Assembly: GCA_040954595.2 (NCBI GenBank)
Contig: CM082580.2
Coordinates: 13,194,242 to 13,258,241 of the forward strand
Direction: 5' to 3'
Length of the DNA: 64,000 nt
From: Balanoglossus misakiensis
Lineage: Eukaryota > Animalia > Hemichordata
Part shown: positions 14,127-27,000 of the stretch, piece after piece
Position numbering within the stretch: the stretch's first letter is position 1
Layout: each line of letters starts with the position of its first letter
Notes under the pieces: generated by a model
Told to the model about the DNA's origin: nothing
Databases searched by the model: none
The model's input: the letters and a program-made list of their open reading frames with translations, nothing else
Translations under genes and position numbers: made by a program

Positions 14127-15418
14127 GAATATTCAAGCATTTGTAAGTGCACACACATTAATATTCATGTCCACTGAAGCAGAAGCTAGCAACAGGTGTG
14201 CGTGACACGTGTATTTCTTCCTATGACGTAGATTTTCTTTGTGTAACTTTGCCTCAAGGAAATAAGCTGGATTCATCAATTATTCTATCATTTTGTGTAA
14301 GGGAATCGCGTCCTGCTCTTGGGAAAAATGGACCGCGACAGCGAATAAATCTGCTATTATTATTTGCTCTGGCAGCCGCACGTGCCCACTCGTTTTACTG
14401 AAAACGCAGGGTTGATTCGAGGTCTGACCAGCGAGACTACCAGTACAAATTTAATTCACTCAAATCGAGCATCACGCACCTCTACTAAAAAGTGCAATAC
14501 GGTTTATTAAATTAGAACAGAAGAGCGTAGATCCAGGAACGCAAACAGCAACCAGGTCTGAACCGATTTTTCTTGGTCATACTCGAGGCTGCATCACTCA
14601 GTTCAAAAATTACGAAAGTTTCAAGAGGCACGACGCGACGTTTTTCATCGGCATTTAGTCGATGTCGTTTTGTTATTCTCCTGGTGACGGCATTGGCAAG
14701 GGAAAATGAGCGCCAATATTAGTTCCACCCCACCCCCACCCCTGAATGTGCCTCCAAAGGGTGCATACATCTCATGCCCACACTATTAAAAATTTGCCCC
14801 TTTGAAGTCACGTACCTTGACTTGCATGCGAGGACGAGATAATAGATCTCGCATTACGTCGACAAGATGGTTTACCAGAGATGGCCTGATGATGGAAGGA
14901 TCTTGACCTAAGCAGACGTGTTTTGACTGCACAGACTGTGGCCGATGTAAATCTCTCCCAGCATGTGTTCATAGGCGGATTTATCACAGGTTTCAATTTC
15001 TCGCTGCACAGGTGCCTTTGGATGGAGCGAGATTTCGATGAGACGGAAGAGCGAATTTGGACGTGGAGCTTCGGGAAGACAATCATCGCCAAGTCACCTC
15101 ACTTCGTGGGCACTCCAGTGAACTGATCCCATTCAGAATGCGCATGCACCTGGCTGAATTTCCATATACGGAGGAATAATGATTTATGGAAATTTGACAG
15201 CACCTGCTATACAGGGTGTCTCATTCTGAGAATCAGGAAAAAAAGTCAAATTTCTCGAGATCGAGGCTGGTGTACATGTAGGGTATTCAAATTAACCAAG
15301 CATTTCCGTGACACTGTAATTTTTATAATAATCATGTTTATTCAGTAATATAAGCCACCGGCTTTCCGTGACAAAATTTCGTTTCAGTGGACATTACTTT
15401 CTTGATTGTTTGTTTCTG

Positions 15419-16966
15419 TCAGTTCTTGGTTGACATAATTGTCAGAGTAACGTCACCTTCTATGGTCAGATCATCGATGTTCCAAGTGAAGACGTCACCA
15501 CCACCTACAATGCGGCCACCATCTGCTACATCAGCTATCTCCTCATCGCTCAGAACTCGCGACCAGATATTGAATTCTGCCAAACCTCCTACAAGAGCCT
15601 GCGCTGTGTCGAATCGTCCTCCAACCTCGTCCTGTTCTTGGCCCAAAATTAAAGAGCCTCCTCCAGAGATACTGCCCCCATCGTTTAAACCGGTGTCACC
15701 TGTGCTGAATACACCATTGTGGTAATATTTCCAGGTGCCATCACCTGATGACCAGGTGATGCACACGTGATGCCACGCCCTGTCGTCGATTGGCGCTATG
15801 TCGACGGCCTTCAAGACATTCCCCACGAACAAATGAAAGCCAACGCCATAATAATGAATTAAGAATTCGTTGTCACTTCCGGGCACAGCATACGATACCA
15901 GTGACGCATCGTGTCCCGTTTCTGTTATCTTCACCCAGATACACGCAGTTATGGCAGTTAGATCAGGGACTGCTTTATTGACAACGATCTTTGTGGTCGT
16001 AGTAACCAGTGCAAGGGCAGGCGGACCTAAAATGTGACCAAATATACAACATGTCAATAACGCAGTGACAAAAAAGTAATAACCGGAAAAAGAGAACAAT
16101 TTTGCAGTTTTCGAATTAACGTTTTTACTCCTGAGGACACCCCAAGAGGCCCGCAAATAAAATTACAAAAGAAAAACAACGATAGACCGTATTTATGAAG
16201 AATAGTTTTCGACCAAAAATGGCAATTTTGGTCAAAAACTACTAGTATTCTCCTACTATCATTGCCCAGTGCCCGTCAAACACAATGTAAGAACATTGGA
16301 CAAGCTATTTCGGAGAATACATTCATTGACCAAAAATGGCAAAATTGTTGCACCGACTGATCCCATAAGCTCTAACTGACCAGAACAAATATGACGATTT
16401 TGTCAAATAAAATCCACGCCTGTATTATTAAAGTTTCTGTTTGTGAGTGCGAAATTACCATAAAAAGCACTAAGCCTGGACACCGCAGCTTCAAGCTCAG
16501 TGATTCGTGCGTCCCTGTCGCTTAACTGCTGCTGCACGTCTCGCATTTTTGATGTCACCACGTCTAGCACCCGATCATTTCCATCAGAATTTCGTCTGAT
16601 GTTTCCCTCCAGGGCTGTGATGATTTCGTTCTGCTGAGAAATCAGGTCTCGCATGCTGTCCTGTCTTTGCTCAACCATTTCACCCACTATCTTCGCGGAC
16701 TGGAGTTTCAAACCAAGCAATTCGACATCAGCCACCACCTGGTCAACCTTGATGACGGCCTGATCGAGATCAGGACAGGTGCCACCCTCGCTGGCATTGA
16801 AGGTGAATACATAGGCGCAGATGTCGGGACGGTGGCAGTAGTTTTCGCCTGAGATGCACTCCTGACTATCTACTAACACCGCTTCAGTCGACGTCAACAC
16901 AAATGTGAAAGCCCACAGCAATAAGAGAGTTTCTCTCATCGCTCTCAAACTGAGATTTCTTGCCAT
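15419..16966 (-). CDS. Secreted long pentraxin: signal peptide, Cys motif and coiled coil, C-terminal pentraxin domain, 371 aa, 2 exons
   Basis: Exon 16966-16459 (donor G|GTAATT) and exon 16026-15419 (acceptor TTTTAG|), joined by a phase-1 intron, 1116 nt. Pentraxin signature WHHVCITWSS, TACIWVK, and Ca-binding segments SDNEF and LGQEQDEVGGRFDTAQALVG. Hydrophobic leader LLLLWAFTFVLTSTEA. Confidence 0.92.
16185..16385. repeat. Interspersed-repeat-like fragment in the pentraxin intron
   Basis: Two copies of GACCAAAAATGGCAA (16211 and about 16328) and a 15/16 hairpin at 16203-16241. Confidence 0.45.
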
Positions 16967-17278
16967 TTTGTACCGTTGAAGTGGAAGATGACAAGTTATA
17001 GATTAATTCATATATTAGCATGTTGTGATTGTATGTACAGTAATGACATATCTTATTTGGTAATAAGGTCGTTCAGACGTGATACGAAGTTGTTGGTTGA
17101 ACGATTCGTGTTAGACATTAACGTACAATCCAATATGTTGGCATAGACCAAAATAGCGCCCTCTGTCATCGATGAATCATTCCTACATCATCAGAACTTG
17201 GACAATGTCTTGCTGACCATCACACACATACTTGCACATATACTTATTTTTCCAGTTGATACACAAATAACAACTGCA

Positions 17279-17284
17279 TTTATT
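17279..17284 (-). terminator. Candidate distal POU6 polyadenylation signal
   Basis: AATAAA on the minus strand at the edge of the AT-rich, CpG-poor stretch that follows the POU6 stop. Confidence 0.35.
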
Positions 17285-20200
17285 TCACTTTTCATACAAA
17301 ATATGACTTGGCCAGATACAAAACAGGTCACAAGTCAAAGGTCACTAGATCCTCACATTGACAAAAAACTTCCACTGACAGTTACAGCATATGACTAAGT
17401 ACAAGTGAAAATTGAGAAGACACTGATGAATAAATATGACTTGTTTTTCTACATATTTCTACTTTACACAAGGCAAGAATATTGTGTAATAAATAAAATA
17501 TATCTGGTTAAATGTAAGCAAAAACATGCAGTTAAAATTCATTAAATCATAGTCTCTGTAATTTAATTCATATGTCATTTCATATTTCTGTTGGTAATAT
17601 TTGAGGGACAGGCAACAATTTGGCATTACATCTTTATTTCACAAACACATGCATGCAAAAGACAATTTGACAAGTACTCTATGCAATAAATGCTGGATGG
17701 AGACAGAGAATGGCAATGGATCAAAATACATTCAGCTTTTAAAGATAAATAGGTTAAATACACAGACATCTAAGATTACAGGCGACAAGAGTTGTAATTG
17801 ATGTGTCCCCAGAACAGTTAAAAATTGGCTTGCTTTTTCAAAGCGTTTAGACTACTTCATAAAAACTGATATGATTACTTGTCACCATAATTACAGTAGA
17901 TTGAGTCTAAATGTATCAGTTATGATTCCTACAAACTACACAAGACAAGTCGGTTTTCTTTAAAATATACATGTACATATAGTGAGCAATCTCTACCACA
18001 TATATCTTGGTAAGTTTTGCACAACTTTGTAAGCTGTTGAATATTTTAAAAATATGCAACAAATTCTAGAGTGTGATAGATACCAATTAAAATCTGATTT
18101 CTTTAATCGCTTACGACTGAATGACACTATTTTGGATCACTGAAAACTATAAATGGACTAAAAATATATAAATTATATATACGACACTTTACGACTTAAC
18201 ATACACAACTTTACACTTTTAAGTAAACAACAAAATGTTTGGTGTAAAACACTTAACACAGATCTTTAGTCTCACATTATGAAATACAATATTATTTTCC
18301 CTGTCTGATCAGGGTGCTCTCATAAAACAAAGCAATTTTGTTACTTTCATGATAACTCACTCTAATTTTGGACCACACAGGTTACAGTGTATCAAAGCAT
18401 TATTTTTTGGGGGTGGTATAATACACTGTTGGTTGGTTTATGGATTCATTCTCCGCCCTGAATGTGCCTGTCTAAAACATGCCGTGATATGATATGCACA
18501 TGTGGCAAGATTAATGCCGCGACTTAGTTACACCTGTCTGACCTGAGACATGCCTGACCACTGTTTACAGAATGCTACTTGCTTCTGTTCAATAAAAGAT
18601 TACAAGCGTTAAAGGCTGAGCAGAAATGGAATGCTACATGATCACATTATCACTTGTACACAATTAGCTGCTTGTGTTCAGCAAGAGGAACTCAGCTACT
18701 GTTAATTTGCTACAGTGATTGGTCCACAAGACACAAAAGAAATAGAAGATACAATTGCTACCTCATCCACTTGGATCATGAAGTGGAAGTTGACAAGCTG
18801 CAGATACCGATGCACTTTCATTTTATCAACAATGCACAATGAAGCCACACCTTCAGCCATTAAATAAGCTCCACAACCCTATCTAGTACAATTTGCCAGC
18901 TGTGGAAAGGTAAGCTTGCACCTTGTACGCTATACAGCTAGCAGTCGATCAGGCTACAAAACTACACTTATTCTGGCTAATCTGAAATAAAGAATCGGAG
19001 TCACAAACGAAATGTATATCAGAATACCATACATGTATTTCTATGGTCCCGTATTCATTAGTTCTGGCACAGCCTTGGCCCAATACAACACTATAATCAG
19101 ACCAAAACATCATCTAATGGCCCTGTTATGTTCTATAGCTGCAATGTTATTTGGCCATGTATCTGCTGTAAAATAACAAACTACTGAATAACCCACAGGC
19201 AAGCCTTCAGTGTACTTTACCGAAGACAACCACTTGCCTTGGCATTCTCTTGAAAACAACAACGCTCTTGATAACCATTGATAATCATGTAGGCAAATCC
19301 AAAGAGGACTGTTCAGACCACAACTGGACCAGACCGGTTCTAGCTAGATCACACTGGTATATCATAATTATATGACACTAAATTATTAATTTTTGCAGGA
19401 AGAAGCCTACGCGTTCTGGAAGAATTGAAAATATCTGCTCAGTTTATATTCCGATACAAGTCCAATATAGCTTTGCGTGATAAACTGAAGTACTTTGTTT
19501 AAAATTAAAATATTCTATGGACAGGACTACTACCATTTATCTTACCTTTCACGCCTTAAAGGGCGAAAGAGGAAAATTTGGAACGGCAGTTCACAGAAAC
19601 ATTTGATCCCTTAAACATACCAATGCCAAACTCAACACAAATCAAGGTCACAGATCACAAATCCTGATTCAGGGTAAAAGTACCGGTAAAACTGTAGTTT
19701 GTTTTTCTGCAGTAATTACACCAATATGTCTTATTTTTTAAAAGTCTGTTTTGGTTTTTTCCTAAATGGTAAACATCCTCCACACAGATGTTCTAGTGTA
19801 TTTACTGCCCTCTCACTTTGTCTCCTATAATGAACATACACAATTACGAAGAAAATGAATTTCAAAGTTTTCCTTCTCTTACAGGTATATGTACTGTGTC
19901 GCCTCTTAGTCTTACCAATCACCTCAAAATCTTATATCCATTTTGTGGCCTTGTAATTACTTTTGTTTCATAATTATCATAATCTTTAGTTTTCAAGTTC
20001 ACGTGAATAACTTTTTTAAAGCATGCACAGAAGAGGGGATGCAACATTGATACAAAAATAAAATACTCTTTAAGCTGTCATACAAAATAATAATGATAAT
20101 AAAAAAGAGTGAAGTAGTGACGGATTCAAATTGCTTAAAAATTGCCTGTTTGGTCACAAATGTTCAAAAAATTCTACTTTGTTCTGGCAGAATATAAACT

Positions 20201-20418
20201 TTACCCTTTTTGCCTGTTCATAGTAAACTGTCCAGAAATTTGCACAACTGTCAGTTGAGTCGTTCGTTTCCATGGAAAATAAAGGATAAATAATAAAAAA
20301 AAGAATATGTTGACGTTAAAGAAATTGATGAAGATCATTATCTTCAGCCATCTACATGGAACTCAGCATTGTTAAACATGTGTGCAATGTTTGGTTTTGG
20401 TGCACTGCAGCAAACCCT

Positions 20419-23400
20419 TCAAGGAGATTTCAGTTTCTTGATGGTGTTTTTCAACGCTTGTCTCTTGTTACAGAACCAGACTCGAACCACTTCCCGGTCG
20501 TAGCTCAGCTTGTTCGACAACTCCGTCATGTCCTGACTGGAGGGATGGGTGATCTTCTCGAAGTAAGCGTTGAGTACCTCCAAGGCTTGGGGAGTGAATG
20601 AAGTGCGACGCTTGCGTTTCTTGGAGGGCTCGCTGCCGACGAAGTCTGTCAGCGGTCCCACGCCATTTTTATGTCTCTCCTCAGCTTCTTCCATCCACCG
20701 TTCCAAAACTGGTTTTATTTTCTGGGCGCTCTTTGGAGTAATGTCTAACTTTTCAAATCTGTTGGAGGAAAATGAGATACTTGCTCTCTATTCATCTCAC
20801 TTCTGCTTATCTGTGAACATTTTAGGTTGCCTCAGAAACATTTTCAAAATACAAACAGGACAACTCTGTTTACTGCAACCCATCTTTGACTGGCAGATGT
20901 GTATCTTCTAATCATGGCAACTCAATATCAAAGTCATAATCATGTCTGTTTTCAGCAGGTACCAATCAACAGATCAAAACATCTGGAAGCGTGTGTTTAT
21001 AAAAAAAAAATTGCCACACCTAAAGTACACATGTAACCTGCTTATATTGAGCCAAATCACCCAACATGAGAGTTCAATAATTACAGTACACAAATACTAT
21101 ACCTGCAGATTGCAGACTGACTGTATGCTGGACCCTCAGTGGCACTCAGTGCTTGACCAACCTGTGTCTGAGTTAGGCCAAGTGACAGACGGCGTATCTT
21201 GAACTGCTTTGCAAATTCACGGATTTCTTCAAGATTGACACCATCAACTTCAGAGTGAGTGTTCCCATCTGAAATTTTCATAAGACCAACAACATGACAA
21301 ATGAAAAGTTCATTAGCGTATGATGAAAGCACAATGTCTGGGAAACAATTTGAAAGACGGCAATTGAACAGTAATAATCCGATCGTTGGAATCTATAACA
21401 TGTATAATACCTTGTTCAACAAGCACACAAGTTGCTTAGTATTTAAATACAGTCTTTGCAGTTACATAGACCGAAGCCATTTTAATGACCTCTACAGATC
21501 CTTACATCCTGGTAATTCTTGGTGGTGGGGGTATTGAAAATTCAATGTTCCACTACAAAAAAAACAGAGTTCAGTGAAAACAGTTGGCATTTAGTTTTCT
21601 GCCAATACTGTCAGATTGCTACCATAGAAGATACCAGGATGTAAGGAGGTCATAGATGTTAGATTTCTGTCTAAAGCCTAGTTTTTACTAAACTGACACA
21701 CCCTACATATGTCAATGCCATGTGATCATCACGGTTATTGAAGTTACAATCCAAAATGACTGTTGAGGGAACTTGAATACAGCAAAGTATCAGTACCTTA
21801 ATTTAGTGCATCCTATCGACTTATGTGCACTACTGTTTGTATTAAGGAGGGTGTGTCAACTTCAAAAGAGTAGCATTTAGGAGTTCTGAGCAGAGATTAT
21901 TCGATTTAAAGATGGAGAAAAAAATTGGGTATTTCACCTGCTAATGTCACAGTTGTATCAGCACTTTTCAGAAATGGTGTACCTATGTGAGAAAATATAA
22001 ATTATAATTGTGGCCAAACATTCCTCTGATACTTCATGGAATAACTTGTTGGTCATCAATTCAACATGCTGGCCCAAAAAAGGTTTTGTTTGTTCTTCAG
22101 CATATTTCATTGTGTGTGATGAGATGGATGAATAGTCCCTTGCAAAAAATGGGCACATAAATAAGTACAGAAAGAGGAAGTTGACAATACCCTCCTTGGA
22201 GACGATAACCTAGGCCTGATCTTAATTGAAAAATAAATCATTCCTTTTGAGATACTAAACATGCAGAACGATGGCCTAATACATTAAGAAAGTTGCTGTC
22301 TGTTGATGTTGTTTTGATTATTTTTGTTTTTGCCTAAAATTAAATTTATTTTACCTTAGGTAAAAATAAATGCAACATGAAGGGAAGATGTGCTCAAATT
22401 ATGTATGCCTTTCCAAAGAGAAACAAAACGGTACAAAGATGAAATCATCAAAATGCATGCAACTATTAGCTGACAATAAATAACAGTACATCTGCATGAA
22501 ATCTATGCCATCAAATTCACTGCATGTCATAGTTGTTAAACACCAAACATATCCTTTGCTGATCGCATACATCAGATGCTCATAAATCAACAAGACAGAC
22601 CATGGCTGATAATCTCATATCAGCATGTGATCTGACAGCACATTTGTCAAAAATCTTTCTGATTTTAGAATTTATGTCTTAAACGTGACTCAAAAGTAGA
22701 TCATGAAGATCTTACAAAGACAGTGAAAGACCAATAAAATTTTATGATAGTCTTATACTACAGAAACCAATGAAATGGCTTCTTGGAAATGCAATGCACT
22801 CAGCACAACATTACTGCCTTTTTGACTGTTACACTTACAATTTTGTTACACTCACAGATATCCGTCTCATTGCTTGTCTCTTTCTCTCTTCATTCATTCA
22901 TTCATTCAAATACTAATGGTGTTTACCACAAGTATTGCTATTTTCACTTTTATAACCTACACTGCTGGTCATAAATTCTGCATATATCCAAAGTGCCTAA
23001 AGCACTTTCACAACATGGTAGTCGCAGTTATTGTTTACAGAATAAGAGGGAAACTCGGTAATAAATAGCGAAATAAACATACTTGTTGTAAGCTGACTGA
23101 TGTTGGCAGTGGTGCCTGGAGAGTTGTTGGTGGCCTGCGAGCTGATTTGTGGAGTGGACACTGAGGGCGCTGTAATGGCTGTAGACAGTGAGGTAGGAGC
23201 AATGGCAGCCTGTGATAAGACTGTATGCCCTGCGGTTGTGGTCGACAGACCAATAGCTGTGGCACCTAGGCCTGAATCAAAGAGAGAGAGAAAAAAGGGA
23301 TTTGTTTTATAGAAAGACTGCATGAACTTGAAACAAACTTTCTGCACTATGACTCCCAATGAATGCACACTCCAAAAGGATGCATCTCTATGGTTATTTG

Positions 23401-24024
23401 TAGGAACCAATGTGTTGGAAATAATAAGTAACGGCTTTGTAATTTTACCTTGGGCATTGACTTGAGTTGCAATTGAAGGGAGGGCAGTAGCTAGCATCTG
23501 ATTTGTTGCACTGGAGAGTACTTGTGGTTGTTGGTGGGCAGACACCGACTGGTGGGTAGTGGCAGTGACTTGAGGGCTAGCCATGGAGCCCACTACAGAC
23601 GCAGCAGTAAGGGTGGACTGCGCTTGCATTGTGGAAGTTGATATCGATGAAGCAGACATGGTAGGAGCAGCTGCTGCAGTGACCATGGACAGTGACAGTG
23701 GAGTGGCTGGAGTGGTGGCTGAAGTGGTCGTCTGCTGGGCGGTCACCGTGGTTGCCAGCTGGTTAGCTCCGCCAAGTCCCCCGACACCCGCCGCCAGGAT
23801 TTGACCGGTCGACGATGGGATGGCAAGGAACTGGATGCCACCTTGCCCTTGGGCTATTGTTACCGGGATTGTCAAAATTTGCTGCTGGCCGGCAGAATTT
23901 GTGACGGGAATTGTCAGAAACTGTTGCTGAGGTTGTCCTGTTGCACTGTTTGCTGGAATGGTTATGAGTTGTTGGCCAGTCAGACTTGCAGCTGGTAAGG
24001 TGAGAACTTGTGCAGCAGACTGTT

Positions 24025-24058
<34 letters not shown>

Positions 24059-27000
24059 CTGCTGCTGTTGTTGTTGTTGCTGCTGCTGTTGTTGATGAAG
24101 TTGTTGTTGCTGCTGCTGGAGGGTTTGCTGCGCCTGCTGCTGCTGCTGTTGTTGTCGGACCAGGTGCTGATTCTGACCAGCTGCAGCAGCCGTGGCAGCT
24201 ACTGCACTGGGCAATACTTGTTGGGTGGTAGCATGTTGTGTGTGTGCCGTGTTAGCTGTGACAGCGTTACTTGCAGTGGACAGTAAGTGTTGGCTTGCAG
24301 CGATGTGCTAGAGAAGAATAAAAACACACAATACATTCAGTTATACAAAGATTGCAGATTTCTTAATGTACGAAAAAATATAAGACCATGAAAAAGTTAT
24401 TTGACGCTTGAAACTAGCTCGTTTTCAATTCAATGAACATTTTGTGGCAGCAATGCATGGATAGCTAGATTGATTTTCCTGGACTTCCCAGAGGTGAATA
24501 TCATTTTTTTACAGGGCCCATAACCACAAGGAAATGCCACTTTTAACCTCTGCAAAATATCAAATATGTCAAGCGAGCTATGATAAGCTGCTGGTAATGT
24601 AAGTTGGATGAGAGACAAAACTATTATCTCAAATCTTGCCATTTCCCCTAATATCACCTGTGAGAATTATGTGGTTTTAATATCAGCCAAGATCTCCCTC
24701 GTTCCTTCCCATAGAGGTGAATTCTTCAGACACATTACGCTTTCATAGTCACATTAAAAATTTGACAAATCGTTTTTCTATCAAAACCCAACTCATTATT
24801 TCTGACCTCTGCTTGATTCAATTATTGATACAATATCTAATTACCATCCTGTCAGATTTTAGATTCTTCTGGAAAATAGTTGTGTTATGTGCCTCTGGAT
24901 GAATTCTTTCATGTGAAGCTGACCAACTGAGATATTAACATACAGTACCTGTGTGTTAAGTCCTTGGTGGGCCAGCAATGCTTGTTGTGCTTGCAGAGCT
25001 TGAAGTGTAGCAGGATTCATCATCAGCTGTTGATGAGCAGAAGAGATTGAACTTCCAGCAGCAATGGAGGAGATACCGACTGAAATTGAAATGACATACA
25101 TGTAATCATACTGACATGTAAATTTGTGTTGTCTTCAAAAAGATCCTGAAAGCTGAAGAGAAGAGTCCAACTCTTGATTTGACAATAAGAAATGATTCTT
25201 GATCACAGTATGTGTGGCATGCATGATGACAGGCACTGTCTTCAACACCAGGAGTTAGTGTGTGAAGTCAACCATTGCACCATTTTATCATGGGAATATG
25301 TTGGCCATGGTTTGATTTTTCAATATGTAGAAAACCTGCCCTTTGAGAAACTTTAAAATCTTGATGAGGTGATCTGCCTCATGGATAGACAGGTTGGCTA
25401 TTCACATTTCACATGAATGTGTTGCTGATTTCTTTCACATTAAGTTTAACTATCCAATCATTCCTAAGTGAAATCTTGCAAGCAGGGTAAGTAACAGAGC
25501 TGTAGTCCACACAGAATATTTCAAATACAATGAAATGAAATTCTCAAATTATATCAAAATACACCATAATGAGGTTCATTACACCATAATTGTATTGATT
25601 TCATCAAACTATAGAATTCTTCCCCAACTGTGGGTTACTATTTTTCTTTTTAACGCTACAAAGCATTGATATCTCTACAACAGACATTCAGTACAGCCAT
25701 GTATCTGGTGGAAGATATCAGATTCATTTATTCCATGTCAATAGCTTGCCAAGGTGAGCCATGTGTCATGAGTATGTAAGCATTCATAAAAACCAATCTG
25801 TGAAGCCTTCAAAACTTTGATTACACGGATGCAGACTGAATACCAATTAGAAGCCACAAATCACTTCCTATTGTACAACTCAAAACCAGGAAATAAAGCT
25901 GGCATGGCATGACTACGAAGCAATCCAGCATAGAGACCTTGGCGATATATTTCGTTATCTGCTGTCAAAATGAAATGAATGCGAAAAGCATATTGGATAA
26001 AACTAACACCACACGAAGGATATTGATGGATTGGAGGTCAAGATACAAGGTGATTTCATTTGTTGGTTGCAAAAGTTAAAGCAGCAGCAGGTGAATCTTT
26101 CTGGAAGTAATGTTGAACGAAAGAAAAGAGTGAACTTCAAAAAAAACCCCAGCAAATCTCACTTTTCACTAACAAGCACATGACCTTACCATCATGGTGT
26201 TTCATGACATCAGTGGTTGATGTAGCTGCCACATTGTCATGTATGGATTGCACTGCTACTAACAGCTGGTCCTGGATGTTCTCTTGGTGTCTTGAAACTG
26301 TGGCTGTATGAGCTGACAACATAGGATCCTACAGAAAGAAAAAAAAAACAATATTTGGCAAATGTCAATAGACACAGCCATTTCAATTTTGACTGCGTGA
26401 TTGTGTGTGTGTACATGTTGGTCCACTTCTAAACTTTATCATTTATATTATAAGCATGTAGTGTGTGAGAAACAAAAAAATCACAGGAAGATGAAGTAAC
26501 ATATAAAATCCAAGCAATAGGCAGTGAGCCATCACACTCACAATGGTTGAGGTTTGTACACTCTCATCTAATGTGTTGACTTCATCCATGTGTTTTTTCT
26601 GTATCTTACTCTACTCGCCCGCCTTTCAACATTACGAGCAAGCACAAAAGCACAGCATTTCATTACTGAAGCTTTAAGTGGATTACAGTAAATGCAAAGC
26701 CATTCAGAGAAATACAGATGAGTGAGGCTAAAACGGTGGGGTTCAAAGTGTGTAGCTGTTGCAAAGCGTGGAACGCGAACTTTACATTCACTCAGCATTT
26801 CAATCAGCACTCTGTTGAAATGTCACGGCTGGGACATCAATCACAACTATGAAAGTGTTGCAAATCATTTATATTTGTTTCAGCTTGTTCAAAATGGACT
26901 TTGTCTCCATCTCGTGTCATGATACATTAACGCTTGATGGGGTATATAGTGGGCTTTCATCTTCATTAAGACGAAGCTCATTGAATCAATGACGTCTTGC

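Noticed and set aside
24008-24286. Poly-Leu and poly-Val/Ala ORFs on the plus strand
   Set aside because: They are antisense shadows of the POU6 polyQ exon.
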